A stretch of DNA of 22,757 nt from a candidate division WOR-3 bacterium. GTDB lineage: Bacteria > Hydrothermota > Tepidihabitantia > Tepidihabitantales > Tepidihabitantaceae. This document shows, in pieces, positions 15,427-22,757 of the stretch. Within the stretch, counting starts at the first letter, position 1, and each line of letters opens with the position of its first letter. The DNA lies in contig CBFGIT010000038.1 of assembly GCA_965648905.1 (NCBI GenBank), positions 1 to 22,757 of the forward strand. Reading direction: 5' to 3'. The translations under genes and the position numbers were made by a program. The notes below the pieces were generated by a model that did not search any database, was not told the DNA's origin, and saw nothing but the letters and a program-made list of their open reading frames with translations.

Positions 15427-16893
15427 TCAGTGGTCGGCGTGTTGGAGCCGCCGAACCAGTTTCCGGTCCGGGCCAAGGATGTCGACGACCAGGGTGGGTT
15501 GGCCGAGCATGTGGCTGGCGCAGCCGAAGCACGGGTCATAGGCCCGGAAAAACATCTCGACCGTGTTGAGCAGACCCTCATCAACCTTGCCCTGGTGAAT
15601 CAGATTCCGGGCCGCGGCCTGAATCGAGAGGCAGATTGGGCCTTTGTTGTTGGTCGTCGCGACAATCAGGTTGACCTTGCGCACCAGCCGGTCGTCGGTC
15701 AGTTCGTAATCGTGAAACAGGGTCCCGCGTGCCGCCTCAACCACTCCGACCCCGCGCGGCTGCATCTTGAAGTTCAGGTTTCTTATGTCGGTGTCGGTGA
15801 TTGAGCTGTCGGTCGCGAGTTCGAGTGCCCGCTCTGAGGCGTAGAGCAGTTCGACCAGTCGCGCCCAATGGAATGCCAGGGTCGAGTTGACCGGCTTGGT
15901 CTTGAACGTGTCGTAGAGCTTCTGGTATGCCGCGTCTGCCTTGGGTGTTGCCATGCCGTCGGCTGCGTTCAGCCGGCCGAGCGGGCCGACCCGATAGAGT
16001 CCGGAGTCCGGCCCATCGGCCAGGCCGCGGTAGCCCACTTTCTTCAGGTAGGCGACTTTGACGTAGCTCCAGTCCAGCACGTGCTCGGCCACGTGGTCAA
16101 GATAGTCGCCCGCGCCAAACCGGACGAACTCGTGCCCCTGCTGGTCGGTGACCCTGATTAGGCCGTCGTAGAAACTGACCCGGTTCTTCTCGTCCACCAT
16201 CCCCATGTTGTACAGGCTGTGCCCCAGGTTCGGGTTGGTGATGAGCTGCATGTAGCGCGGGTTCTTGAGCACGACGTCTTCGAAGAGCCTGAGCGAGAAC
16301 TCGGCAAACGCCACGCATGATTGGGCCATCTGCTCGATTTCGAGGCGGCCTTCTTCCGAGAGCGGTTTGGTCTGGCCCCCGGGAATCCCTGAGACCGGGT
16401 GGGTCGGTTTGCCGCCCAAAATCTCCGTGATTCTCTGGCCATAGGCACGGTGCTTGATTACCTCGCGCGCGGTGTCCATCCCGACCTTCTCGACGACGCC
16501 CAGAATGTTGCGCTTGGCCTTGGGCGCGTCCGGGCCGACCACAAAGTCAGGTCCGCCGAGAAAGTAGAAGTGGAGGATGTGGTCGTAGATGATATAGCCG
16601 CAGTAGATGAGTTCGCGCAGTTTCCGGGCCGTTGGCGGCGGCTCGACCCCAAAGGCCGCATCGAGCGCCTTGACCGAGGCGTAGTGATGTGCCACCGGAC
16701 AGACCCCGCAGATCCGACTGGTAAGCTGGGGCATGTCCTCGGCTTTCCGGCCCACGCAGAACTGCTCAAAACCCCTTAGTTCCGGGACCTGCAGATAGGC
16801 GTTGTCAACCTCGCCCGCATCGTTCAGGAATATCTCAATCTTGCCGTGTCCTTCAAGCCGGGTAATCGGGTCAATCGTTATCCTACTGCCCAC
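15427..16893 (-). CDS. mvhA: Group 3 [NiFe]-hydrogenase large subunit (MvhA/group 3c-like)
   Basis: 'ITIDPITRLEGHGKI', 'ELRGFEQFC.GR', L1 'RICGVCPVAH', 'EAARGTLFHDY', L2 'RAYDPCFGCASH' followed by a cleavable C-terminal extension. Start GTG 16893 with SD GGAGG. Confidence 0.9.
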   Translation of the reverse strand: MGSRITIDPITRLEGHGKIEIFLNDAGEVDNAYLQVPELRGFEQFCVGRKAEDMPQLTSRICGVCPVAHHYASVKALDAAFGVEPPPTARKLRELIYCGYIIYDHILHFYFLGGPDFVVGPDAPKAKRNILGVVEKVGMDTAREVIKHRAYGQRITEILGGKPTHPVSGIPGGQTKPLSEEGRLEIEQMAQSCVAFAEFSLRLFEDVVLKNPRYMQLITNPNLGHSLYNMGMVDEKNRVSFYDGLIRVTDQQGHEFVRFGAGDYLDHVAEHVLDWSYVKVAYLKKVGYRGLADGPDSGLYRVGPLGRLNAADGMATPKADAAYQKLYDTFKTKPVNSTLAFHWARLVELLYASERALELATDSSITDTDIRNLNFKMQPRGVGVVEAARGTLFHDYELTDDRLVRKVNLIVATTNNKGPICLSIQAAARNLIHQGKVDEGLLNTVEMFFRAYDPCFGCASHMLGQPTLVVDILGPDRKLVRRLQHADH

Positions 16894-17866
16894 GCTGCCT
16901 CCGCCGGTTGATCGTCGCACTGGCCAAACCGTACATATAGAACGTCCCGACCGGGTCTTTCACCTTGGCCAGCAGTTCTTCGGTCTGCGCCGAACTCATC
17001 TCTTTCTCGTCGTCGAGGCGCAGGATTGAGGCCAGGGCCGAAATCATCTTCCCGCCCTGGTCATGGACCTCAGGTGTCGGCCCCATGCAGCCGGTGCAGG
17101 GCCAGTTGCCGTTGATGCAGCGCTGACCGCAGCCGCCTCTTGTCACCGGCCCGAGACAGATGATCCCCTGCTCAAGAAAACAGACCCCAGGGTCGGCCGC
17201 GACTTCGTAGGAGCGCTTGATATCCGGCATCTTCTTGGCCAAGTGCTTGTTCCGGTCGCACTCATCGCACAGCGCCTTGACCGGAGCGAGCACCGTGCCC
17301 CGGGCCGGCAGCATGCCGGAAAGAATCGCTTCCACTGCCTCAAGGATTCGCGGCACCGGCGGCGGACAGCCGGGCAGGTAGTAGTCGACCTCGACCACGC
17401 GGTCAAGGGGCGACACTTGGTCGAAGAACTCAGGCAGGGTCAGCTCTCCCTCGGCCACCTGGGACCTGACCAAAGGAATCCTGGCTTCCGGGTTTGCGAC
17501 CGAAGGCTCCTCGGTGTAGACGTGCTTGAGGATCTGTTCCCGGGTGTAGAGGTTCGCCAGACCAGGAATGCACCCGTGGTGCGCGCACGAGCCGAACGCC
17601 ACGAGCAGCTTCGACTTCCGGCGCAGAAGCTCGGCCAGTTCGAGCTGCTCTGAGTTACGAACCGAGCCGTTGAAGAAGCAGACGTCCATGAACCGGTCGG
17701 GCATGGCCCGGATGTCGGCATACTTCGTGTCCATCGCCACCGGCCAGAGCACGACCTCAGCCTGCTCGACAACGTCAAGCAGCTTTTCATTGATGTCGAG
17801 GACCGCGATTTCGCAGCCTCCGCACGAGGCTGCCCAGTAGAAACCGAACTTGGGTCTGTCGGACAA
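16883..17866 (-). CDS. mvhG: [NiFe]-hydrogenase small subunit (MvhG-like)
   Basis: 'WAASCGGCEIAVLDI', 'NGSVRN', 'AFGSCA..GCIPGLAN', 'VDYYLPGCPP', and C-terminal Fe-S motifs 'LCDEC', 'CFLEQGIICLGPVTRGGC..RC....PCTGC.GP'. TTG start with SD GGAGG. Confidence 0.9.
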   Translation of the reverse strand: MSDRPKFGFYWAASCGGCEIAVLDINEKLLDVVEQAEVVLWPVAMDTKYADIRAMPDRFMDVCFFNGSVRNSEQLELAELLRRKSKLLVAFGSCAHHGCIPGLANLYTREQILKHVYTEEPSVANPEARIPLVRSQVAEGELTLPEFFDQVSPLDRVVEVDYYLPGCPPPVPRILEAVEAILSGMLPARGTVLAPVKALCDECDRNKHLAKKMPDIKRSYEVAADPGVCFLEQGIICLGPVTRGGCGQRCINGNWPCTGCMGPTPEVHDQGGKMISALASILRLDDEKEMSSAQTEELLAKVKDPVGTFYMYGLASATINRRRQRGQ

Positions 17867-17907
17867 AACCTGCCTCCAGGGCTTGAAGCGTCGGGCGAAA
17901 ATGGGAG

Positions 17908-17981
17908 TAGCGGGGGCTGGATTCGAACCAGCGACCTTGAGGTTATGAGCCTCACGAGCTTCCAGGCTGCTCCACCCCGCA
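17908..17981 (-). tRNA. tRNA-Met (CAT), initiator (fMet) type, CCA not encoded
   Basis: TGCGGGGTGGAGCAGCCTGGAAGCTCGTGAGGCTCATAACCTCAAGGTCGCTGGTTCGAATCCAGCCCCCGCTA forms a full cloverleaf with CAT anticodon, 1:72 mismatch and fMet-type D arm. Confidence 0.95.
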
Positions 17982-17989
17982 GAGTGCTC

Positions 17990-18018
17990 TATTTAACCAG
18001 AAGCTGTCCGAATGTCAA
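17990..18018 (-). promoter_or_regulatory. Promoter of tRNA-fMet (possibly also the hydrogenase-GT run)
   Basis: TTGACA (18018-18013), 17 bp, TAAATA (17995-17990), 8 nt before the tRNA 5' end. The -10 is imperfect. Confidence 0.5.
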
Positions 18019-18057
18019 GCGATTACGTTCGCCCCGTGCTGGTCGGCAATTCGGCCT

Positions 18058-18086
18058 TTGCACTCCGGCCTTTCTGGTCGTATAAT
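18058..18086 (+). promoter_or_regulatory. Promoter of the hypothetical-purL operon (leaderless)
   Basis: TTGCAC (18058-18063), 17 bp, TATAAT (18081-18086), then 5 nt to the in-frame GTG 18092. Confidence 0.65.
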
Positions 18087-18091
18087 TGCGC

Positions 18092-18586
18092 GTGCCCGAA
18101 TCGTCGCCCAACCCGTCTGCTCCGACCCGCCCCGGTCGCTGGCTGTCGGTCCTGTCCGGCGTGGTCGGACTCGTCGGACTCGTGGCCGCAGTGGTCGTGG
18201 TGGTCAGGAGCGCCCGAAACGTGAAGCCCGGCCCGGCGCCCGTGACCCTGGCGCCGCCGCCGGCCGATACTTCAGCACTGCGGTTGAAGCACAACTTGAA
18301 AACCCGACTGAGCACGCAGCAACGCCGGCTCGCCAAGTACCGAACCCTGGTCAGCGCCGAGCAGGAGTCGCTCGCGGCCGAGTGCGACCGCGAGCTCGCC
18401 TCTTTGGCGCAGCGGGCCACCCGGCTCGACTCACTGCCCGGCTACCATGCGCGGCGCGCCCTGTACGACAGCCTGATGCTCGATTATGAGCACCTGCGGG
18501 GCAGAATCCGCGTCCTTGCCCGCTCGGTCGCCGTGCCCGAAGACGACTCGCTGGAAACCGAACTGCGGCGGCTGTTGAGCGAGTAG
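18092..18586 (+). CDS. Hypothetical membrane-anchored helical/coiled-coil protein
   Basis: One TM helix (WLSVLSGVVGLVGLVAAVVVVV), a Pro-rich linker and an amphipathic helical remainder. Ends 11 bp before purL. Confidence 0.7.
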   Translation: MPESSPNPSAPTRPGRWLSVLSGVVGLVGLVAAVVVVVRSARNVKPGPAPVTLAPPPADTSALRLKHNLKTRLSTQQRRLAKYRTLVSAEQESLAAECDRELASLAQRATRLDSLPGYHARRALYDSLMLDYEHLRGRIRVLARSVAVPEDDSLETELRRLLSE

Positions 18587-18597
18587 ACGAAGCGAAC

Positions 18598-21495
18598 GTG
18601 CTCTGGCGTGTTGAGGTCGAGAAGACCGGGACCGACCCGGAAGCACGGGCGCTTCAGGCCGACATCCGCGACCTCGGTATCCGGACCGAGGTTGACTGCC
18701 GGATTGTCCGGCTTCACTACCTCGAAGGCAATCTCGACCGATTGACAATCGAGCGGGTTGCGACCGAACTATTCACTGACGCGGTCTGCGAACGCTGCCG
18801 CGCAATCGAGGTCGAAAGCGGCCGGGCCGACCGAACGAACGGGCCGGAGAAAACGCCGGGCCGCCGCTACGTCGAGGTGCTGTACAATCCGGGCGTGATG
18901 GACCCGAGTGTCGAAAGCACGCTTCGGGCACTGGCCGATATGGGCCTGACCCGCTGCCTGGTAAGGACCGGCCGGGCCTACGAGTTCACCGCGGCCGGAG
19001 CCGCGGAGCTCAGCGCCGGCGAGCTGAACCTCATCACCCGGGGCCTGCTGGTCAACCCGGTCATCCAGCACGTTGCCCGACCCGACGAACCGGTCTTTGT
19101 CAAAGCCGGCACGTACCGCTATCGGCGCTCGAAAGTCAGCCTGCGCAAACTGACTCCACCCGAGCTCGAGGCGCTCTCCCGCGATGGGCTCCTCGCTTTG
19201 AGCCGGGCCGAGATGCTCGCGCTCCAGCGCTACTACCGACGACTGGGCCGGGAACCGACCGATGTCGAACTCGAAACCTTTGCCCAGACCTGGTCCGAAC
19301 ACTGCCAGCACAAGACCTTCCGGGGCGAGATTGACCTTGACGGCCGCCGGATTCGCAACCTGCTCAAGTCGACCGTGATGCGCTGTACCCGGGAGCTCGC
19401 CCGGCCCTGGTGTCTTTCGGTCTTTCACGACAACTCCGGCGTCATCGAGTTCGACCGGACCTGGGGCATCAGCTTCAAGGTCGAAACCCACAACCATCCC
19501 TCGGCGCTTGAGCCCTACGGCGGCGCGGCGACCGGTATCGGCGGCGTCATCCGCGACTGCCTCGGCACCGGGCTCGGGGCCAGGCCGGTCCTGAACACCG
19601 ACGTCTTCTGCTTTGCGCCGGTTGACACCCGAACCGACGACGTGCCGCGCGGTGTGCTCCATCCCCGGCGCATCATGAAAGGCGTGGTCGCGGGCGTGCG
19701 CGACTACGGCAACCGGATGGGCATCCCGACCGCCAACGGCGCCGTCTACTTTGACTCCGGTTTCCTGGGCAATCCGCTGGTCTTCTGCGGTACGCTCGGG
19801 CTCATCCCCCGCAACAAACTGAAGAAACAGGTTCGTCCCGGCCAGATGATTGTCCTGCTCGGCGGCCGGACCGGCCGCGACGGGATTCACGGCGTCACCT
19901 TTGCCTCGCTCGAACTGGGCCGGGGCCCGGAAACCTTGTCCGGCGGCGCGGTCCAGATTGGCAACCCAATCGAAGAGAAGAAGGTACTCGACCTCGTACT
20001 TGCGGCCCGGGACCAGGGCCTGTTCGAGGCGATTACCGACTGCGGTGGCGGCGGGCTCTCAAGCGCCATCGGTGAACTGGCCCGGCCGACCGGCGCAGTG
20101 GTCTGGCTTGAGCGCGTGCCGCTCAAGTACTCGGGCCTTTCGCCGGCCGAAATCTGGATATCCGAGGCCCAGGAACGGATGGTCGTTTTCTCCTCGCCGG
20201 CCCAGGCCCGGCAACTGCAGAAACTCGCCCGAAAGCACGACGTCGAAGCCACGGTCATCGGTCGCGTCACTGCCGACCGTCAGCTCACGCTCAAGTACCG
20301 GGGTCACCTCGTTGCCCGGATTGAAATGAACTTCCTGCATCGCGGCTGGAAAGGCACTAAGAAGCAGGCCCGATGGCGCCGGCCTGAAACCGCGGACCCG
20401 ACCGTCCCGGTTCGCAAAGACCTGACCGAGCTCGTCATCAAACTGCTCCAGACCCCGAACGTCGCGAGCAAGGAATGGGTCACGCGCCAGTACGACCACG
20501 AAGTCCAGGCCGCCAGCGTGATGAAGCCGTTCTGCGGCGTCAACAACGCCGCGCCGACCGATGCCTGCATCATCGCGCCCCTGCCCGACTCCTACCGGGC
20601 CTGCGTCGTTGCGTGCGGACTCAGGCCGCGCTACGGCCTGATTGACCCTTACTGGATGGCGGCTTCGGCCATTGATGAAGCCCTGCGCAACTGCGTTGCG
20701 GTCGGCGCTGACATCGAACGCATCGCCCTGCTCGACAACTTCTGCTGGGGCAGCCCGGACCGGCCCGACCAGCTCGCCGGACTGGTCCGCGCTGCCCAGG
20801 CCTGCTACGACATGGGGACACGATTCGGCGTGCCCTTCATCTCGGGAAAAGACTCACTCTACAACGAGTTCCAGCCCGACTCCGGCGACGCCCGACCGAT
20901 TCCGCCCACGCTGCTCATCTCTGCGCTCGGCATCATCGAAGACTGCCGCAACACCGTCACCTCGGACCTCAAACAGCCCGGCTCACTCCTTTACCTTGTC
21001 GGCCAGACCTACCCCGAACTCGGCGGCAGCGAATACTTCCGCATCAACCAAGGACTCGGCCGCGAAGTCCCGAAAGTCCAGCCCGGCCCGGCGCGCCGGG
21101 CAATGGCTGCGGTCGGCAAAGCCATCCGCTCCGGCCTTGTCATCTCCTGCCACGACCTGTCTGAAGGCGGTCTCGGCGTTGCGCTGGCTGAGATGGGCTT
21201 TGGCGGCGGCTGTGGCGCTTCGGTCTTCCTGCGCAAAGTCCCCGGCGCAGAGCGGTTCCGACGCGACGACTTGCTCCTTTTCAGCGAATCCAACTCGCGC
21301 TTCATCTGCGAAGTCCCGCCCGACCGCCGGGCTGAATTCGAGCGGCTCATGGGGCGGACCAGTCACGCTCCCATCGGCCGGGTCGTCGAAGACAAGACCC
21401 TCACCATCACCGGACTCAACCGGGTCCAGGTCGTAACCCTCGACCTCAACCAGGCCGAAACCGCCTGGCGTCAGGCCCTCACGCGTCGCCTCTAA
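18598..21495 (+). CDS. purL: Phosphoribosylformylglycinamidine synthase PurL with fused N-terminal PurS-like domains
   Basis: 'QTWSEHCQHKTF', 'KVETHNHPSALEPYGGAATGIGGVIRD', 'RDYGNRMGIPT', 'GGRTGRDGIHG', 'VQIGNP', 'DCGGGG', 'SEAQERM', 'RQYDHEVQ', 'PFISGKDSLYN', 'HDLSEGG', 'LFSESNSRF'. No C-terminal glutaminase domain. Confidence 0.96.
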   Translation: MLWRVEVEKTGTDPEARALQADIRDLGIRTEVDCRIVRLHYLEGNLDRLTIERVATELFTDAVCERCRAIEVESGRADRTNGPEKTPGRRYVEVLYNPGVMDPSVESTLRALADMGLTRCLVRTGRAYEFTAAGAAELSAGELNLITRGLLVNPVIQHVARPDEPVFVKAGTYRYRRSKVSLRKLTPPELEALSRDGLLALSRAEMLALQRYYRRLGREPTDVELETFAQTWSEHCQHKTFRGEIDLDGRRIRNLLKSTVMRCTRELARPWCLSVFHDNSGVIEFDRTWGISFKVETHNHPSALEPYGGAATGIGGVIRDCLGTGLGARPVLNTDVFCFAPVDTRTDDVPRGVLHPRRIMKGVVAGVRDYGNRMGIPTANGAVYFDSGFLGNPLVFCGTLGLIPRNKLKKQVRPGQMIVLLGGRTGRDGIHGVTFASLELGRGPETLSGGAVQIGNPIEEKKVLDLVLAARDQGLFEAITDCGGGGLSSAIGELARPTGAVVWLERVPLKYSGLSPAEIWISEAQERMVVFSSPAQARQLQKLARKHDVEATVIGRVTADRQLTLKYRGHLVARIEMNFLHRGWKGTKKQARWRRPETADPTVPVRKDLTELVIKLLQTPNVASKEWVTRQYDHEVQAASVMKPFCGVNNAAPTDACIIAPLPDSYRACVVACGLRPRYGLIDPYWMAASAIDEALRNCVAVGADIERIALLDNFCWGSPDRPDQLAGLVRAAQACYDMGTRFGVPFISGKDSLYNEFQPDSGDARPIPPTLLISALGIIEDCRNTVTSDLKQPGSLLYLVGQTYPELGGSEYFRINQGLGREVPKVQPGPARRAMAAVGKAIRSGLVISCHDLSEGGLGVALAEMGFGGGCGASVFLRKVPGAERFRRDDLLLFSESNSRFICEVPPDRRAEFERLMGRTSHAPIGRVVEDKTLTITGLNRVQVVTLDLNQAETAWRQALTRRL

Positions 21496-21499
21496 CCGC

Positions 21500-21546
21500 G
21501 TCGGCTGACGGCTCAAGTCAGGCTCTGCTGACGACTGTCAGCCAAC
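21500..21546 (+). terminator. Stem-loop immediately after purL (possible terminator or 3' protective hairpin; no U-tract)
   Basis: GTCGGCTGACGG (21500-21511) pairs with CTGTCAGCCAAC (21535-21546), with inner GTCAG/CTGAC. Confidence 0.4.
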
Positions 21547-21624
21547 AGCTAACAGATTGACAACCAATGCGTTGCACACGCAAGATGGTCTCTTGGACCG
21601 CAGTTCGGGCCCGCCCAGTGGGCA

Positions 21625-21900
21625 GTTCCCTAAGGCATTCCTACTGTCACTCTGGTTGGGATGACCAGCGTCCTTATTCGATTCGACTGTCTCGGCAAGT
21701 CAGCCGACATGCCGCCCGGTCTTGCACGAATTCAGCCTGACGACGACTGACTGTGCATTCCGGTCAGGACGAGCTATCTGATGCCGACAGGCGCGACAAA
21801 CATGACTTCAGCCGGCACGGCGACTAGCACGACCACCGGCGCCGCAAGAAGAACAACCACGGCCATTGCTCAAGCCCAGACTCTCGGCGATGTCACAGGC
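21625..21900. repeat. Degenerate 12-bp-period tandem array (~23 units, consensus near A(T/C)NCCNACNGGC)
   Basis: gttccctaaggc/attcctactgtc/.../aagtcagccgac/atgccgcccggt/.../atgccgacaggc/.../acttcagccggc/acggcgactagc/acgaccaccggc/.../cagactctcggc/gatgtcacaggc. Phase is held for over 270 bp. Confidence 0.55.
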
Positions 21901-22043
21901 CCAAGCAGTTACCATCCTGCTGTCCGCCATCACCACCGCTATCTTCACACCCCGGCACTCAGGCAGGTCCAGCCGGCTTCGTATCACCCTCCTGACCGCA
22001 GCATATCGACAACTCAAAATCTCGTATCATGTCACCAGAAATA

Positions 22044-22586
22044 TCACTCATCACAGAGAGGTTCGGTCTCGAGTACCTTGTGAGCTAGCAGCTCCGTCAG
22101 GCATCGCGTCACGGCCATCTCGATCTCGGTTTCAGCAGGACTGTTGTGCGCCAACACGCGTTGCTCGACGTACATCATGAAACCGCACACTAGACAGAAT
22201 TTGTCAGCCAAGGTCAGCGATTGCCACTTGGGTTCGGTCTGGGATATCATCTGAACCACTTCAGATGCGGCAGGCATGACCAATTCCATCGGCTTCGTCT
22301 TCAATATCAATAGGCTCCCAACTGATGAAGGCAACATGAGCCTGGAGGCGACGAGAGCGACAAGGCGTTCGTCATCGTTGGCGTCGGGCATGCGGTCTTG
22401 TATTGTAAGGAGCGTGTCGCGCATCGCAAGTATGAACCCGACCCTGGGCAAGAGCGCAGCCACCCGTTTCCGTGCCGGGATTTCATCAAGGCCAGATTCG
22501 CGCACGAACGATTCATCCTTGGACAACCGACGTGCGATGCGCGGAACGGTGAATGCTTGGCGAAGCAGGTAGCGCACCTGGTTCAA
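22044..22586 (-). CDS. Hypothetical (orphan) helical protein, 180 aa
   Basis: TTG start with SD-like GAGGA 7 nt upstream. Protein-like amphipathic composition, visibly more A/T-rich than neighbouring core genes. No recognised motif. Confidence 0.6.
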   Translation of the reverse strand: MNQVRYLLRQAFTVPRIARRLSKDESFVRESGLDEIPARKRVAALLPRVGFILAMRDTLLTIQDRMPDANDDERLVALVASRLMLPSSVGSLLILKTKPMELVMPAASEVVQMISQTEPKWQSLTLADKFCLVCGFMMYVEQRVLAHNSPAETEIEMAVTRCLTELLAHKVLETEPLCDE

Positions 22587-22757
22587 GCGATATCCTCAAC
22601 CTGACGCGTCAGCGCGTCAGTCTGTACGGAGGAATTCCGGGGACGGGTTTAATGTCAAGCCGTGCGTTAGCTGCTCTCCCCTGAGACAAGGCTGACGACG
22701 GCGTCGGCCCATTTCTTGCTGCCCTGCCGCTTTCGATCGGTGTGATGGCATGCTGCG

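Noticed and set aside
15427..16893. Selenocysteine ([NiFeSe]) hydrogenase
   Set aside because: The L2 motif is DPCFGC with ordinary Cys codons and no in-frame TGA.
17867..17925. tRNA-targeted genomic island carrying the hydrogenase
   Set aside because: No integrase, no duplicated tRNA 3' end seen in the window, and downstream genes have host-like composition.
18769..19890. Long antisense or alternate-frame ORFs inside purL and other genes (e.g. 5437..6129, 11965..12723, 13513..14193, 20642..21436)
   Set aside because: Shadow ORFs expected in high-GC coding DNA. They fully overlap well-supported genes and have no motifs.
21781..22083. ORFs 21781..22083 and 1503..1703 as real proteins
   Set aside because: They are low-complexity translations of the 12-bp arrays with no SD, and in array #2 the periodicity continues upstream through stop codons. 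Reported as repeats instead.

Overview
GC-rich bacterial chromosomal window from a diderm organism (lpxB, proteins with T9SS-type C-terminal sorting domains). The Lys-rich Kelch + CTD protein architecture resembles candidate division WOR-3, which is an inference. Left to right: 5'-truncated SDR oxidoreductase; VTT/TVP38 membrane protein; an apparently acquired type II restriction-modification pair (alpha-class m4C methyltransferase + TdeIII/MjaII-family endonuclease) flanked on both sides by hairpin-dense non-coding DNA; a ~1100-aa secreted CTD protein; lpxB; agmatinase; an uncalled 52-aa protein with two CCxxCxx[YF]DxC motifs; a minus-strand run of tRNA-fMet, MvhG/MvhA-like [NiFe] hydrogenase, GT2, WbaP-like phosphoglycosyl transferase and PorZ-like propeller; a membrane hypothetical; a PurS-PurS-PurL fusion; and an orphan ORF. 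The most interesting unexplained signals are (i) a ~650-700 nt nested-helix region after the endonuclease (candidate large ncRNA), overlapped at one end by a small antisense membrane peptide ORF, (ii) the double Cys-motif microprotein, (iii) two degenerate 12-bp-period arrays at the junctions between core genes and foreign-looking genes, (iv) a PorZ-WbaP-GT2-LpxB-cargo neighbourhood suggesting T9SS cargo-glycolipid anchoring outside Bacteroidota, and (v) repeated leaderless or near-leaderless promoters. All calls were made by eye; no database searches or folding programs were run.
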